Below, one piece after another: positions 19,563 to 29,948 of a stretch of 56,919 nucleotides of DNA. The DNA lies in contig CAYJJA010000003.1 in assembly GCA_964370355.1 (NCBI GenBank), positions 1-56,919 of the forward strand, read 5' to 3'. How positions within the stretch are numbered: position 1 is the stretch's first letter; each line of letters starts with the position of its first letter. The notes under the pieces were generated by a model. It was given only the letters and a program-made list of their open reading frames with translations. It was not told the DNA's origin and made no database searches. Source of the stretch: an uncultured Akkermansia sp. (GTDB lineage Bacteria > Verrucomicrobiota > Verrucomicrobiia > Verrucomicrobiales > Akkermansiaceae). The translations under genes and the position numbers were made by a program.

Positions 19563-19766
19563 TTATTACTTTGGCAGTAGTTAATGTAACAAATTGCAGG
19601 ATTTGTATAAATGGGCATATCTGAATATCAAAGCTTCTTTTTGTTGTGTGAAAAATCTTATTTTTCATTCAAAAAAAAGAAGTACATGCTCTATCTAATC
19701 AAGTACGCAGGCCGTGTTCCCTTCATTAACTACTGCCAAAGTAATAACTATCGCCAAAGTAATAAT
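19563..19766. mobile_element. MITE-like element with perfect 24-bp terminal inverted repeats
   Basis: TTATTACTTTGGCAGTAGTTAATG (19563-19586) is the reverse complement of 19724-19747; partial tandem copy of the end at 19748-19766; AT-rich non-coding interior. Confidence 0.6.
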
Positions 19767-19774
19767 TCGACGAG

Positions 19775-19817
19775 AAAAAAGCTCGCCCTTCCCCCATCAC
19801 TAGGGAAGAGCGAGCTT
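19775..19817 (-). terminator. intrinsic terminator after phoU
   Basis: AAGCTCGCTCTTCCC / GGGAAGGGCGAGCTT stem followed by a T run on the minus strand. Confidence 0.75.
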
Positions 19818-19840
19818 GTTTGTTGGCTGGTCGTGCAGGG

Positions 19841-20503
19841 TTAATGCCCTGCGTGACGGATGATTTTTCCTGTTTGCAGATAGACGATATGCTCGCAGAT
19901 ATCGGAGGTGAGGTCCGCGATGCGCTCGAGGTCGCGTGACACGCCCTGAGCTTGCAAGTAATAACAAATGTTGTCGGGGTGGCGCAAGATGATGTTGCCA
20001 ATCTGGGCGACATTCACCGCATGCAGCTTGTCCGCCTCGTCGTCGCGGCGTATCACATCATGCGCGAGTACGAGGTCGAAGTCCTGCACGACACGCATCG
20101 AGTCGCGCAGCATCTCCAAGACCACAGTTTCCAGAGGGCGAAAGTCGATGCGCGTCATCTCGGGTGCATCCTTGCAGAGGAGCAGCGAGGGCATGCGCTT
20201 CACCGTATGCACGGCATAGTCGGCGATGCGCTCGAGTGCTGTGTTGATCTTCAGAAAGGCGATGATGGTGCGCAGGTCGGTGGCGACGGGCTGGTGCAGG
20301 GCGAGAATTTTGAGGCATTCTTCCTCAATGCTGATCTCTTCGCGGTCGATGGCGGTATCCCCGCTGATGACTTGCTGCGCGAGCTCGGGGCTGAGCTCAT
20401 CGACGGCTTGGATGGCGAGGATGATCGCCTTCTCGACCTTGCTCGTCTGGGTGATGACGTGCTTCTTGAGCTTGTTGATTTCTTTGGTGAAATGTGTTTT
20501 CAT
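19841..20503 (-). CDS. phoU: phosphate signalling protein PhoU
   Basis: ILALHQPVATDLR, LERIADYA and second-repeat LERIADL motifs; last gene of the pst operon. Confidence 0.93.
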   Translation of the reverse strand: MKTHFTKEINKLKKHVITQTSKVEKAIILAIQAVDELSPELAQQVISGDTAIDREEISIEEECLKILALHQPVATDLRTIIAFLKINTALERIADYAVHTVKRMPSLLLCKDAPEMTRIDFRPLETVVLEMLRDSMRVVQDFDLVLAHDVIRRDDEADKLHAVNVAQIGNIILRHPDNICYYLQAQGVSRDLERIADLTSDICEHIVYLQTGKIIRHAGH

Positions 20504-20541
20504 AACGTGAAGGGGAGATGAGTGTGGCAGAGGGTGGGGCT

Positions 20542-21330
20542 TTAGCCGAAGCGACCCGTGATGTATTCTTCAGTTTTCTTGTTGCTGGGGTTGGTGAAGA
20601 TGGTGCTAGTCGCGTCTTCCTCGATGATGTGCCCCTTGTAGAAGAAGGCGGTGCGGTCGCTGATGCGTGAGGCCTGCTGCATGTTGTGCGTGACGATCAC
20701 GATGGTGTACTTCTTCTTGAGCTCAAGGATGAGCTCCTCAATCTTGAGCGTCGCCACGGGGTCGATGGCGCTCGTGGGCTCGTCCATGAGCAGGACCTCG
20801 GGCTCTGCCGCGATGGCGCGGGCGATGCAGAGGCGCTGCTGCTGGCCACCTGAGAGAGCCATGCCGCTGGCCTTGAGCTTGTCCTTGACCTCATCCCAGA
20901 TGGAGGCACCAATCAGGGCGGCCTCGACGCGCTCGGCGATCTCGCTGCGTGAGAGCTTGTAGTGCAAGCGCAGCGGGTAGGCGACATTATCAAAGATGCT
21001 CATGGGGAAGGGGGTGGGCTTTTGGAAGATCATGCCTACGCGGCGGCGTAGCTTGAGGAGATCGACGCTGGGGTCGAGCAGATTCTTCCCATCGAGGAGC
21101 ACGGCTCCCTCGGCGCGTTGACCGCGGTAGAGCTCAAAGATGCGGTTGTAGATGCGCAGGTGGGTGGACTTGCCACAGCCCGAGGGCCCGATGACGGCGG
21201 TGACTTGGTTGGCGCGGATGTCGAGGTTGTTGTTGAAGAGTGCCTGTGTGCCGTCTTCGTAAAAGAAGTTCAGGTTGCGCACAGAGATCTTCATCTCGTC
21301 TTGGGTGGGGCTGTTTGTGATGGCGTTCAT
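20542..21330 (-). CDS. pstB: phosphate ABC transporter ATPase
   Basis: [42 protein letters not shown] and YITGRFG motifs. Confidence 0.95.
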   Translation of the reverse strand: MNAITNSPTQDEMKISVRNLNFFYEDGTQALFNNNLDIRANQVTAVIGPSGCGKSTHLRIYNRIFELYRGQRAEGAVLLDGKNLLDPSVDLLKLRRRVGMIFQKPTPFPMSIFDNVAYPLRLHYKLSRSEIAERVEAALIGASIWDEVKDKLKASGMALSGGQQQRLCIARAIAAEPEVLLMDEPTSAIDPVATLKIEELILELKKKYTIVIVTHNMQQASRISDRTAFFYKGHIIEEDATSTIFTNPSNKKTEEYITGRFG

Positions 21331-21380
21331 GTTGGTGAAAATTTTGGGGGTGTTGTCGTGAAGATTGCTTCTTGGTGTGA

Positions 21381-22259
21381 TTAGCCTCGTTTGTTCTTGT
21401 CGCGGAAGATGTAACGTGTGCCTATGTTGATCACGAGGATGAAGGCGCAGATGACCAGCGAGGCTCCCCAGCCTATTTGACGCTCGGCTTCGAAGGCGGA
21501 GTTCATGCTCTCGTTGATAAAGACGGGCATATTGGGCGTGGGTGAGGAGAAGTAGCTATTCGGCCAGCCAAAGGCGCACATAGCGGTGAAGAGCAGGGGG
21601 GCGGTCTCACCACTGACGCGTGCCAGTGAGAGGAGGACACCTGTGGAGAGTCCGTTCTTCGCCGAGCGTGCGACGATGGAGAGGGTGGTGCGCATGCGTG
21701 TCATGCCGAGCGCGAGCGCGGACTCGCGCAGCGTGTAGGGCACCATGGCGAGCATGTCCTCAGTCGTACGCATGATGACGGGGAACATGAGCACCGCGAG
21801 GGCGACCGAGCCCGCAAAGCCACTCGCTCCTCCCATGGGGATGACGAGGATGACATAGACGAAGAGACCGATGATGATAGAGGGAAGCCCCATGAGGACA
21901 TTCGCACTGAAGCGCAGGAAGGCGGCAAGCTTGCTACCCTTGCCAAACTCAGCGATGTAGATCCCCGCCGCCATGGCGAGGGGGACGGCGATGATGGTCG
22001 CCCCTGCGGTGATGTAGATAGTACCCAGCAGGATGTTGAGAATCCCCATGCCGACCTCGCCATTGGGCTTGGTCAGGCTGGTGAGAAAGTTGCTATCCAT
22101 CAGCGCGTCTTTACCATTGTCCCAGACGCTGTAGAGGATGCCACCCATGCCGCTGAGGGCGATCACGATGGAGAAGATGGCAAAGGTGATGAGGAGGATG
22201 TCCCAGAGCTTGCGAAAGAAGAGCGGGCGGCGCTTCATGGTATTTGGAATGGTCGTCAT
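21381..22259 (-). CDS. pstA: phosphate ABC transporter permease PstA
   Basis: [19 protein letters not shown] and [13 protein letters not shown] motifs; start moved to MTTIPN at 22259. Confidence 0.9.
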   Translation of the reverse strand: MTTIPNTMKRRPLFFRKLWDILLITFAIFSIVIALSGMGGILYSVWDNGKDALMDSNFLTSLTKPNGEVGMGILNILLGTIYITAGATIIAVPLAMAAGIYIAEFGKGSKLAAFLRFSANVLMGLPSIIIGLFVYVILVIPMGGASGFAGSVALAVLMFPVIMRTTEDMLAMVPYTLRESALALGMTRMRTTLSIVARSAKNGLSTGVLLSLARVSGETAPLLFTAMCAFGWPNSYFSSPTPNMPVFINESMNSAFEAERQIGWGASLVICAFILVINIGTRYIFRDKNKRG

Positions 22260-22311
22260 GGTGCGTGAAAATGATAGGTGAATGAGGGGAGCTTGGAGAG
22301 GAAAGGGGGAT

Positions 22312-23316
22312 TTAGCGTGTCTCGCCGCGCTTCGCACTCGTGAGGTGGAGATAGTACTGGGAGATGACCTGGATGCTAAAGCTGAGCACGAGTAGCACGA
22401 GGCCGAGGGCAAAGAGGACGCTGAGCTGCATGCCGTCCGACTCGGCAAAGTTGCTCGCCAGTGTCGCGGCTATCGTAGTACCACTGCCAAAGAGACCCTC
22501 GACGTCCCCCATGAAGCTACCGATGACAAAGAGCACGGCCATCGTCTCACCCAGTGCGCGACCCATGCCGATGAAGACGCCACCGAGGATGCCACGTATG
22601 CCGTAGCGCATGACGACCTGACTGGTAGCCTCCCAGCGTGTGCAGCCTATGCCGTAGGCAGATTCCTTGAGCATGGGGGGGGTCATGCGGAAGACGTCGC
22701 GCATCACAGCACTCATATAGGGGAGGATCATGAGTGCCAAGATGACACCTGCAGTGAGGAAGCCAAAGCCATTGTAGCTCTCACCGACCAGCCACATAAA
22801 GAAATCACGTATCCAGAGTGGCAGCCAGCCCGAGGAGTACTCGGGGTCAACCGTGAGGCTGCCTTGGAAGACCTCGCCATCCCAGATCATATCAATCTGC
22901 ATGAGGCTGGCGAGAAGGGGTTGGACGGTCTCATTCATAAAAGGCACGACGACGAAGAGACCCCAGATACCGTAGATGACCGAGGGGATGGCCGCGAGGA
23001 GGTCAACGCCCTGTGACACGGGCTTGGCGATCCAATTGGGCGTTTCGGTCATGAAGAGTGCGGAGACAAAGGCGAGGGGGACGGCGATTGCCAGCGCGAT
23101 AAAGGTGCAAAGCAGGGTGCCGGCTATATTGGGCCAGGCACCGTAGACTTCTTGAGAAGGATCCCACTCGCTCGACCAGAGAAAGCCCAATCCAAACTTT
23201 TGCCAAGCATCTGCGGAGTGGACTCCGAGTTGGATGAAGATACCGAGCACGAGCAGTCCGGCCAGTGAGGCGCAGAGCATGCAGGCGAGTTTGAAGAGTT
23301 TGTCCGTACTTTGCAT
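22312..23316 (-). CDS. pstC: phosphate ABC transporter permease PstC
   Basis: DLLAAIPSVIYGIWG, ESAYGIGCTRWE and GRALGETMAV motifs. Confidence 0.93.
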   Translation of the reverse strand: MQSTDKLFKLACMLCASLAGLLVLGIFIQLGVHSADAWQKFGLGFLWSSEWDPSQEVYGAWPNIAGTLLCTFIALAIAVPLAFVSALFMTETPNWIAKPVSQGVDLLAAIPSVIYGIWGLFVVVPFMNETVQPLLASLMQIDMIWDGEVFQGSLTVDPEYSSGWLPLWIRDFFMWLVGESYNGFGFLTAGVILALMILPYMSAVMRDVFRMTPPMLKESAYGIGCTRWEATSQVVMRYGIRGILGGVFIGMGRALGETMAVLFVIGSFMGDVEGLFGSGTTIAATLASNFAESDGMQLSVLFALGLVLLVLSFSIQVISQYYLHLTSAKRGETR

Positions 23317-23393
23317 AAGTGTGATGGTGGGGATATGTAGTGTGAGCGAGTGGGAGTGTTATTTTATGTAAATGCTCTCAGAGAGCGAATGAA

Positions 23394-24380
23394 TTACATC
23401 TTGGGTGCTATCTGCTGGACAACACTTGCAGGGAGGGGGACATAGTGGAGCTTACCCGCGATGTCAGCACCCTTTTGGCTGAAGCACCACATGAAGTACT
23501 TCTTCATAGCAGCGCGCTTGGCGGCAGGGGTGTCCTTGCGGATGAGCGCGTAGGTGACGCCTGTGATGGGCCATGCATTGTCGCCAGCGACGTTGGTGAG
23601 CTCCATGACCATGCCTTCAGCCTTGCTCCAGTCAGCGGAGGCTGCGGAGGCGGAGAAGGTGGCGGGCGAGGCCTTCAGGTACTTGCCCGAGGCGTTTTCC
23701 AGCTGCGTGGTGGCGAGCTTGCCCTCGACGGCGTAGGTGTATTCTGTGTAGCCTATAGCTCCACGTGTGGAGGAGACGGCTGTGCAGACGCCAGAGTTCT
23801 TCTGACCACCGATGGTGTCGCCGGGCCACTTGACCGAGCCACCTTGACCTACCTTGGCCTTCCATTCTTCGGAGATCTTGCTGAGGTAGTTGGTGAAGAT
23901 GAAGGATGTCCCGCTGGAGTCGGAGCGACGTACGACGGTGATCTTGATGGGGGGAAGCTTGACGCCGGGGTTGATCGAGGTGATGGCCTTGTCATTCCAC
24001 TTGGTGATCTTGCCCAGATAGATGTCGGCGAGCACCTGACGGCTCAGCTTGAGATCGCCGTCCTTGACACCGGGGATGTTGACGATGAGCACGAGACCAC
24101 CTGTGAGCATGGGGAACTGGATGAGGCCGTCCTTTTCCTGATCAGCGGCGCTGACGGGATTGTCCGAGCCTGCAAAGTCAACTGTCCCCGCCTTGATGGC
24201 ACGCAGACCTGCGCCTGAGCCTTGGCTCTGGTAGGTGACTTTGTCAGCACCGAGTTGAGAGTATTCGTAGGTCCACTTTTGATAAACAGGGTTGGGGAAG
24301 GAAGCACCTGCACCAGCGATGTTTTCTGCTTGAGCGAACGAGGCAAGGGCGGCGAGACCCACGAGCATTTTCTTGAACAT
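23394..24380 (-). CDS. pstS: phosphate-binding periplasmic protein
   Basis: GAGASFPNP, YQSQGSGAG, VDFAGSD and RRSDSSGTSFIFTNYL motifs. Confidence 0.94.
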   Translation of the reverse strand: MFKKMLVGLAALASFAQAENIAGAGASFPNPVYQKWTYEYSQLGADKVTYQSQGSGAGLRAIKAGTVDFAGSDNPVSAADQEKDGLIQFPMLTGGLVLIVNIPGVKDGDLKLSRQVLADIYLGKITKWNDKAITSINPGVKLPPIKITVVRRSDSSGTSFIFTNYLSKISEEWKAKVGQGGSVKWPGDTIGGQKNSGVCTAVSSTRGAIGYTEYTYAVEGKLATTQLENASGKYLKASPATFSASAASADWSKAEGMVMELTNVAGDNAWPITGVTYALIRKDTPAAKRAAMKKYFMWCFSQKGADIAGKLHYVPLPASVVQQIAPKM

Positions 24381-24463
24381 AATAGTATGTATGTTGTTGG
24401 TTGTTGTTTTCTGTCCCTAGCAGGGAGCTGCGTAGAGCTCTCTGCTAGGAGGCGAAAGATTTC

Positions 24464-25762
24464 TTAGAAGTTGACGCGGAAGGCGGTGGAGAATGCCCAG
24501 CCAGTGAAGCCCTTCTCACCCTTGCTGTCAGTGCCTTGGGAGTTGAGGTACTCGACACCTGCCATGATGCGCATGTGGTCGGTGTTCTTGGGATCGACGT
24601 AGTAGTTCACCCCCATATAGAGACCTTGGAGGAGATCCGAGGTGCTGGAGTAGGTGGAGTTCTCCGTATAGTAGTTCTTGTAGCACTTGGCGGCATTCGT
24701 GCCAGCGGAGAGCTGGTAGCGCATGACGGCCTCAAAGTGGGGGCTGATGCGGTAGGTAGGAATGAGCACGAGACCAAAGACATTGTCTGCGCCTGCATCA
24801 CCACCGATGACGTCAAAGCCAGCGATCGCATCGGCAAGCAGCGTCATCTTGTCCTTCTTGCCTACCCAGCTCAGAGAGATCACGTCCTTGGCACCAGGTC
24901 CATTGTAGTCGATGTCAGAGCCTGTAGCCACGTCTCCGCTCGCGTCGAGCTCGGCAAAGCTGTGCATGTAGCCCAGCGTGAGGCGACCTGTGTCACCCGT
25001 TGCCATGCTGAGCTGAGCTCCGAGCATGTAGGAGGAGTCGTCACTGAGGGAGGGATTCTGCCAGTGGTTGTCACGTGCGCTGTTCGCCCAGACACCGAGC
25101 TGCCAGCCGTACTTGGCTTTCTTGTCGCTGTTCTTGATGGAGATACCCCAGAGCTTGTCGGCGGCGAGTTGGTTGGTGATGCCGGAGCGCTCGATTGTGT
25201 TGATCTTGGAGCTGGAGGTGGCGTACTCGGCGAGGTAGGCTGCCTTGAATTTACCGACCTCGATGGTGACGGGCTTGAAGGTGCCCGAGAGGACGAGCTC
25301 GTCGAGCGAGCCGGATGTCTGACCATTCACCCAGTCGCCGTTGCTGTTGTACTTGGCGGCGTCTTGGAGACCGCCGATGTTCCAGACGGTTTTAAATTTG
25401 AAGCGGTTGAAAAGTTTGGCATTCGCACCGAGGCGGAAGCGGCGGAATTCGCTGTTGTAGCCTTCGCTGCCCTTGAGGCGGTCGTCATTGGAGGGGTCGA
25501 GCCAGTTCATCTGCCACTGGGCGCGGAAGCTGACGTTGAACTCTTGAATGTAGGGATTCTCCGCGTTGTCGCGCTCTGCGTCAAACCAAGCGAAGCGCTC
25601 AGGAAGCCACTCGAGGAAGTTGAAGTCTGCGGCTGGCTCTGCGGCTGCGGGAGCGGCTGTGGCAGTCGTGTTGATGGCGAGGGGAGCTGCAAGTTCTTTT
25701 CCTTGGCCGAGAGCCACGCTACCGAGAGCGAGGGCGAGGGTCATGAGAGTCTTGTTTGTCAT
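24464..25762 (-). CDS. outer-membrane porin, probably phosphate-selective (OprO/OprP-like)
   Basis: Signal peptide; FRRFRLGA and SSKINTIERS motifs; C-terminal aromatic beta-signal (FRVNF); first gene of the pst operon. Confidence 0.75.
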   Translation of the reverse strand: MTNKTLMTLALALGSVALGQGKELAAPLAINTTATAAPAAAEPAADFNFLEWLPERFAWFDAERDNAENPYIQEFNVSFRAQWQMNWLDPSNDDRLKGSEGYNSEFRRFRLGANAKLFNRFKFKTVWNIGGLQDAAKYNSNGDWVNGQTSGSLDELVLSGTFKPVTIEVGKFKAAYLAEYATSSSKINTIERSGITNQLAADKLWGISIKNSDKKAKYGWQLGVWANSARDNHWQNPSLSDDSSYMLGAQLSMATGDTGRLTLGYMHSFAELDASGDVATGSDIDYNGPGAKDVISLSWVGKKDKMTLLADAIAGFDVIGGDAGADNVFGLVLIPTYRISPHFEAVMRYQLSAGTNAAKCYKNYYTENSTYSSTSDLLQGLYMGVNYYVDPKNTDHMRIMAGVEYLNSQGTDSKGEKGFTGWAFSTAFRVNF

Positions 25763-26084
25763 ATGCGTGATTGTATTATTGGTTCAAAGCATCGCTTCGA
25801 TGTCCTTAGTAAACAGCAGGAGGCGTTTTTTTGCAAGATTCCCTTGGTGAATGAATTGCCACGTTCGTGCGATTTTGTGTAGCGGAATTGTCACATGAAA
25901 AAAGGAGTGCTGATCAGCAGTTTGTTAGATCTTAAAAATTCTATAAGTAGAGGTAAAATCGTATTTTCCTTGAGAGAGCTGAAATCGAGAAAATGAGCAT
26001 GAACAAGGATAGATGCACCTACACTTGACATAATAAAAGCTTGCATTTGTCTGTACCATTGATACTATACGAAGAAGGTAAGGT

Positions 26085-26885
26085 ATGATAAAAAAAATAC
26101 ACTATTGTTGGTTTGGCGGTTCTGTTCCAAATCTTGTTTCTCAACAAGTTGCTTCTTGGCAAAGGCTATGCCCTGATTATGAAATATATGAATGGAATGA
26201 TCAAAATGCTGATTTTTCTCAATTTGATTTTTGGAATAGGATGAAAAGAGAAAAGCGTTATGGTTTTGCATCTGACATAGCCAGTTTTTCTAAAGTATAT
26301 GAAGAGGGGGGCTTTTATATGGATTGCGATGTTGAACTAAAAAAAAGTTGGGATGAATTACCAGCACCTGCAGATCATTTAATATTCGGCTATATGTATG
26401 ATTTTGCCATTTCAGGTGGTGTTTTTTATGCCCCTGCAAAGCATCCTCTCATGGAGAAATTACTCGATTATTATCAAGATATCTCTCCAACTTATTACCC
26501 TGTAAATAATACGATTATGACGCATTTGATCAATAATAATGTGCATGATTTTAAGCTCAATGGTCGATTTTATCAGTCTGATGAATATAAGCTTACCATA
26601 TTTCCCAAAGAATATCTTTGCCAACCTTCTTTTATCAAGAGTAAGCCTTTTGCTGTAGATCAATTTGCTGGTTCGTGGAAAAATGCGGGTAAAGAATTCA
26701 TTGCGAACAGAGGTGATCTGTCTTATTTTCAGATTTTAAAACGAAAGCTTTCTATCCAAAAAATGCTGATGCATAGTGAGTTTCAGCGCGTTTATTTAAA
26801 TGCTCTCATCGGTCGCAAGCTACAGTGTCAGGAGCATTGGCGCACATGCTATCATTTAAAAGGAGGCGCGATTGTGCAGCAATGA
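26085..26885 (+). CDS. GT32 / OCH1-like glycosyltransferase
   Basis: IKKIHYCWFGG, CPDYEIYEWN, GFASD and GGFYMDCDVE (DxD) motifs; AT-rich. Confidence 0.85.
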   Translation: MIKKIHYCWFGGSVPNLVSQQVASWQRLCPDYEIYEWNDQNADFSQFDFWNRMKREKRYGFASDIASFSKVYEEGGFYMDCDVELKKSWDELPAPADHLIFGYMYDFAISGGVFYAPAKHPLMEKLLDYYQDISPTYYPVNNTIMTHLINNNVHDFKLNGRFYQSDEYKLTIFPKEYLCQPSFIKSKPFAVDQFAGSWKNAGKEFIANRGDLSYFQILKRKLSIQKMLMHSEFQRVYLNALIGRKLQCQEHWRTCYHLKGGAIVQQ

Positions 26886-26982
26886 GCTATGTTTTAAGGA
26901 TTTGTCGTATTGTCGTGTGAGCTGAGTATGAGATAAGAAAGGTTCATTTTATTTATATTCAATTTGTTGTTTTATATTAACT

Positions 26983-27429
26983 ATGCCACTTGATGATCTA
27001 GCTCGTAGTTTTTTGCAAGGAATTTTGGTGGATTTGATCCAACCTCTGTTTGAGGATGAGAAGATGAAGTCTAACAAAATACTCAATAAGCAGCGCGAGC
27101 AGCTCACAGGTCGCCAGCGTGCCGTCGCGTGGTGCTCGGTGAATCTCTCGACTCTGGGCTATTTGCTGATCTTCTTGGGCACGCTCCTGCTGCTGAGCGG
27201 GGGGAGTGAGCTGATTCTCTATCTCGCAGGTCTCTCTCTTTTAGCGATGAGTCTCTTCCAAGGGCTGGTGTGGCTCATCTGCTTGTGCCTGAATAACTCA
27301 GCCTACACGCTGCGCGAGCTCATCTATATATGCTACAGGCAGCGTAGCTGGATGCTGCCCGCGCTGCACTTCTTCCCCCCTGTCTTGGGGCTAGGCTTGC
27401 TCGTGGCTGCTGTGCTGCTTAAACCATAA
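26983..27429 (+). CDS. hypothetical membrane protein (about 3 TM)
   Basis: Hydrophobic segments; start uncertain (26983 or the MKSNK ATG at 27064). Confidence 0.55.
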   Translation: MPLDDLARSFLQGILVDLIQPLFEDEKMKSNKILNKQREQLTGRQRAVAWCSVNLSTLGYLLIFLGTLLLLSGGSELILYLAGLSLLAMSLFQGLVWLICLCLNNSAYTLRELIYICYRQRSWMLPALHFFPPVLGLGLLVAAVLLKP

Positions 27430-27466
27430 AAAGCCTCCTGCCTGAGATGGGATCAAGCAGGGGGCT
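27428..27466. terminator. hairpin between convergent genes
   Basis: AGCCTCCTGC / GCAGGGGGCT stem; the A run on the plus strand gives a T tail for menA. Confidence 0.6.
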
Positions 27467-27500
27467 GGCAGATATCTTCAATGGATTAAAGATATGCCCT

Positions 27501-28412
27501 TTAGTTCCACGTCAACGCGGTGAGAAAGAGGATCATGTGCAGGCTCGCAAGCCCCAGCAGGGGATTCATCTTTTTGTTGGCAGGCGTGCGGGTGATCTTC
27601 ACAATGAGGTAGCCTGCTAGTAATACGGGCGCACACCAGATGAGCCCCCAGCTCGTGCCCGGTAGGAAGAAGGCCGTCTGCTTGAGCGTCAAGTAGGGCG
27701 CGAGGAGGAAGGCGACGGCGAGCCCGCGTGCACGCGCTTCCCCGATGCGCACAGCGAGCGTGCGCTTGCCTGTACTGGCATCTTCGGCACGATCACGTAT
27801 ATTGTTGATCTCCAGCAGCAGACAGCAGAGTAGCCCGCATTGCACGCCGAGTATAATGCCCGCGCCATAGATCATGGCGTAGTGCCCTTGCCAGCCTAGC
27901 TGGATGTAGAGCGTGCCTAGCACCGCGATGAAGCCAAAGAAGAGCAGCACAAAGAGCTCCCCCATCCCGCGATAGGCCAGAGGGAAGGGACCGCCCGTAT
28001 AGCCGTAGGCGAGGAAGAGTGAGGGGATGCCAATCGCGAGCACGACCCAGCCCGCCGCATGGATGAGCGGGAGAGCCGCGAGGCAGGAGAGCAGCAGGAA
28101 GAGCGCAGCCGCTCCCTTCACTGCCGTGGCACTCAGTGCGCCAGTGGCGGTGAGGCGGCGCGGGCCTTGTCGCTTGGGCGTGTCGGCCTTCTTCTGAGCG
28201 TCGAGCGCGTCATTGAAGAGATTGCAGGCGATTTGAATCGCTAGAGCCGAGAGTGCCGTGCAGAGCACGAGCCACCAGTCCAGCTGAAATCCTAGCTCTG
28301 GATAATGCTCCGCGTAGCGGCTGACGATGAGGCTGGCAGCCCAGATGGGAATGATGATGGCAGGCAGCGTCTTGGGACGCGTCGCGAGGAGCAAGGAGAT
28401 GAGCTGACTCAT
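27501..28412 (-). CDS. menA: 1,4-dihydroxy-2-naphthoate octaprenyltransferase
   Basis: ATRPKTLPA, NLFNDALD, YTGGPFPLAYRGMGE and NNIRDRAEDASTGKRTLAVR motifs. Confidence 0.9.
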   Translation of the reverse strand: MSQLISLLLATRPKTLPAIIIPIWAASLIVSRYAEHYPELGFQLDWWLVLCTALSALAIQIACNLFNDALDAQKKADTPKRQGPRRLTATGALSATAVKGAAALFLLLSCLAALPLIHAAGWVVLAIGIPSLFLAYGYTGGPFPLAYRGMGELFVLLFFGFIAVLGTLYIQLGWQGHYAMIYGAGIILGVQCGLLCCLLLEINNIRDRAEDASTGKRTLAVRIGEARARGLAVAFLLAPYLTLKQTAFFLPGTSWGLIWCAPVLLAGYLIVKITRTPANKKMNPLLGLASLHMILFLTALTWN

Positions 28413-28448
28413 GGGAAAGAGGCGAAAGAGGCGGGGAGGGGAGGGCGA

Positions 28449-29462
28449 TTAGCAGGACTCAACGACACTCCAAGGCAGGCTCTCACCCGCGTACATGGGC
28501 ACGACCTCCTCACCGTAGCTGCGGTAGGCGGCGGGAATATCCATGGGCGTGTCACGCAGGGTCACACGCGTCTCGGGGACGCTGAGACCGTAGAGAGTAC
28601 GGGCATTGTCCGAGACGAAGGCTTGCAGCCTGTCCACCGTACTGTGGGTGGTGAAGAGCTCGGCGAGCTTTGCCAGCGCGAGCGGGGCGGTGAAGACACC
28701 AGCCGCGCAGCCGCAGCTCTCCTTGGCGCAGCGCGGGTGGGGAGCGGAGTCACTGCCAAACATGAGGCGAGGATGCCCGCTCAGGGCGGTAGCCAGCAGG
28801 CGATCCCTGTCCTCGGGGCGCTTCGCAATAGGCTTGCAGAAGAGATGGGGCTTGAGCATGCCACCAGCGACATCATCGAGCGTGATGATGAGGTGCTGGA
28901 GTGTCACCGTCGCGCAGAGATTCTCAAACTCATCGAGCAGATCGACGGCGGCAGCGGTGGTGATATGCTCCATACTGATGCGCAGGCGTGGGTACTTTGC
29001 CGCCAGATAGCGGTACTGCCCGAGAAACTCCGCCTCGCGGTCCATGACAAAGCCGTGGCTCTCACCGTGGACGAGCAGCGGGATGCCGCGCTCCTCCATC
29101 ATATGCAGCGTGCGCTCCGCCTCGCTGAGCTGGGCGATGCCGCCCTCGCTATTCGTGGTGATGCCTGCGGGGTAGAGCTTGATGGCGAAGAAGTCGGGGC
29201 ACTCCGCAAGCGCGTCGAGCGTGGCCTCATCATATTGCTGGAAGAAGAGCGTCATGAGCGGGGCAAAGCTGCTCTCCCCCATGGCGGCGCGTATGCGAGC
29301 GGCGTAGGCTTCTAATTGCTCGCGTGAGGTGACGGGGGGCACGAGATTGGGCATGATGACGGCTCCTGCGAAGTGCGAGGAGAGCGGGGCGACGAGGCGC
29401 AGCATGGCGGCATCGCGCAGATGCAGGTGCATGTCAAGGGGGGAAGAGAGCTGAATATCCAT
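28449..29462 (-). CDS. pyrC: dihydroorotase (homodimeric type)
   Basis: [31 protein letters not shown] and GSDSAPH motifs; ATG 29462 sits 7 nt after TATACT. Confidence 0.93.
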   Translation of the reverse strand: MDIQLSSPLDMHLHLRDAAMLRLVAPLSSHFAGAVIMPNLVPPVTSREQLEAYAARIRAAMGESSFAPLMTLFFQQYDEATLDALAECPDFFAIKLYPAGITTNSEGGIAQLSEAERTLHMMEERGIPLLVHGESHGFVMDREAEFLGQYRYLAAKYPRLRISMEHITTAAAVDLLDEFENLCATVTLQHLIITLDDVAGGMLKPHLFCKPIAKRPEDRDRLLATALSGHPRLMFGSDSAPHPRCAKESCGCAAGVFTAPLALAKLAELFTTHSTVDRLQAFVSDNARTLYGLSVPETRVTLRDTPMDIPAAYRSYGEEVVPMYAGESLPWSVVESC

Positions 29463-29499
29463 GCGCAAGAGTATAAGGTAGCTCCCCGCATTCGTCCAG

Positions 29500-29534
29500 A
29501 AAAAACCCCCAGCGCATGCTCGCTGCGCTGGGGG
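29500..29534 (-). terminator. intrinsic terminator
   Basis: CCCCCAGCGCA / TGCGCTGGGGG stem followed by a T run on the minus strand. Confidence 0.7.
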
Positions 29535-29609
29535 GAGGGAGAAAGTACGCTCAGGGTATCCTCGTTATTCCGAATAAGTAATGGTGGAAAAATGCGTCAC
29601 AAGACACTC

Positions 29610-29948
29610 TTAGCGTAGGGCGTCGAGCTTGTCCTCGACCAGATCATCGACGATATCGAGCTGATCTTCGAGCTGATCAATAAGCTTGAGCTGCTTTAAT
29701 TCATCAGCGGTGAAGCGGCGACCGCGTGCTTGGCGCTCGATTGCATCTTCAGCGTCATCAATTTTGTCATCAAGATGCTCGATCTCTCTCTCAAGGGCGC
29801 GCAAATCTGGGCGTGATTGGGCTGCTTGAGCGCGATTCTTCAGCTGAGAGATCTGATCCATGGTGGATGAATAAGTAGCTTGATCCATTGCAGAGACGAG
29901 TGAAACGAAGCCTAGTGCTACGATAGAAGTAATGATAGATGTTTTCAT
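29610..29948 (-). CDS. small secreted acidic alpha-helical hypothetical protein
   Basis: MKTSIITSIVALGFVSLVSA signal; D/E/L-rich coiled-coil-like body. Confidence 0.7.
   Translation of the reverse strand: MKTSIITSIVALGFVSLVSAMDQATYSSTMDQISQLKNRAQAAQSRPDLRALEREIEHLDDKIDDAEDAIERQARGRRFTADELKQLKLIDQLEDQLDIVDDLVEDKLDALR

Noticed and set aside
19724..19766. Possible mini-CRISPR or integron attC site
   Set aside because: Only two adjacent partial repeats with no spacers, no cas or intI genes, and no convincing RYYYAAC/GTTRRRY pairing.
24536..25882. 448-aa plus-strand ORF, and similar long antisense ORFs at 28305-29315, 30090-30995 and 37593-38537
   Set aside because: They lie opposite well-supported genes and are expected from high-GC codon bias; no recognisable motifs.
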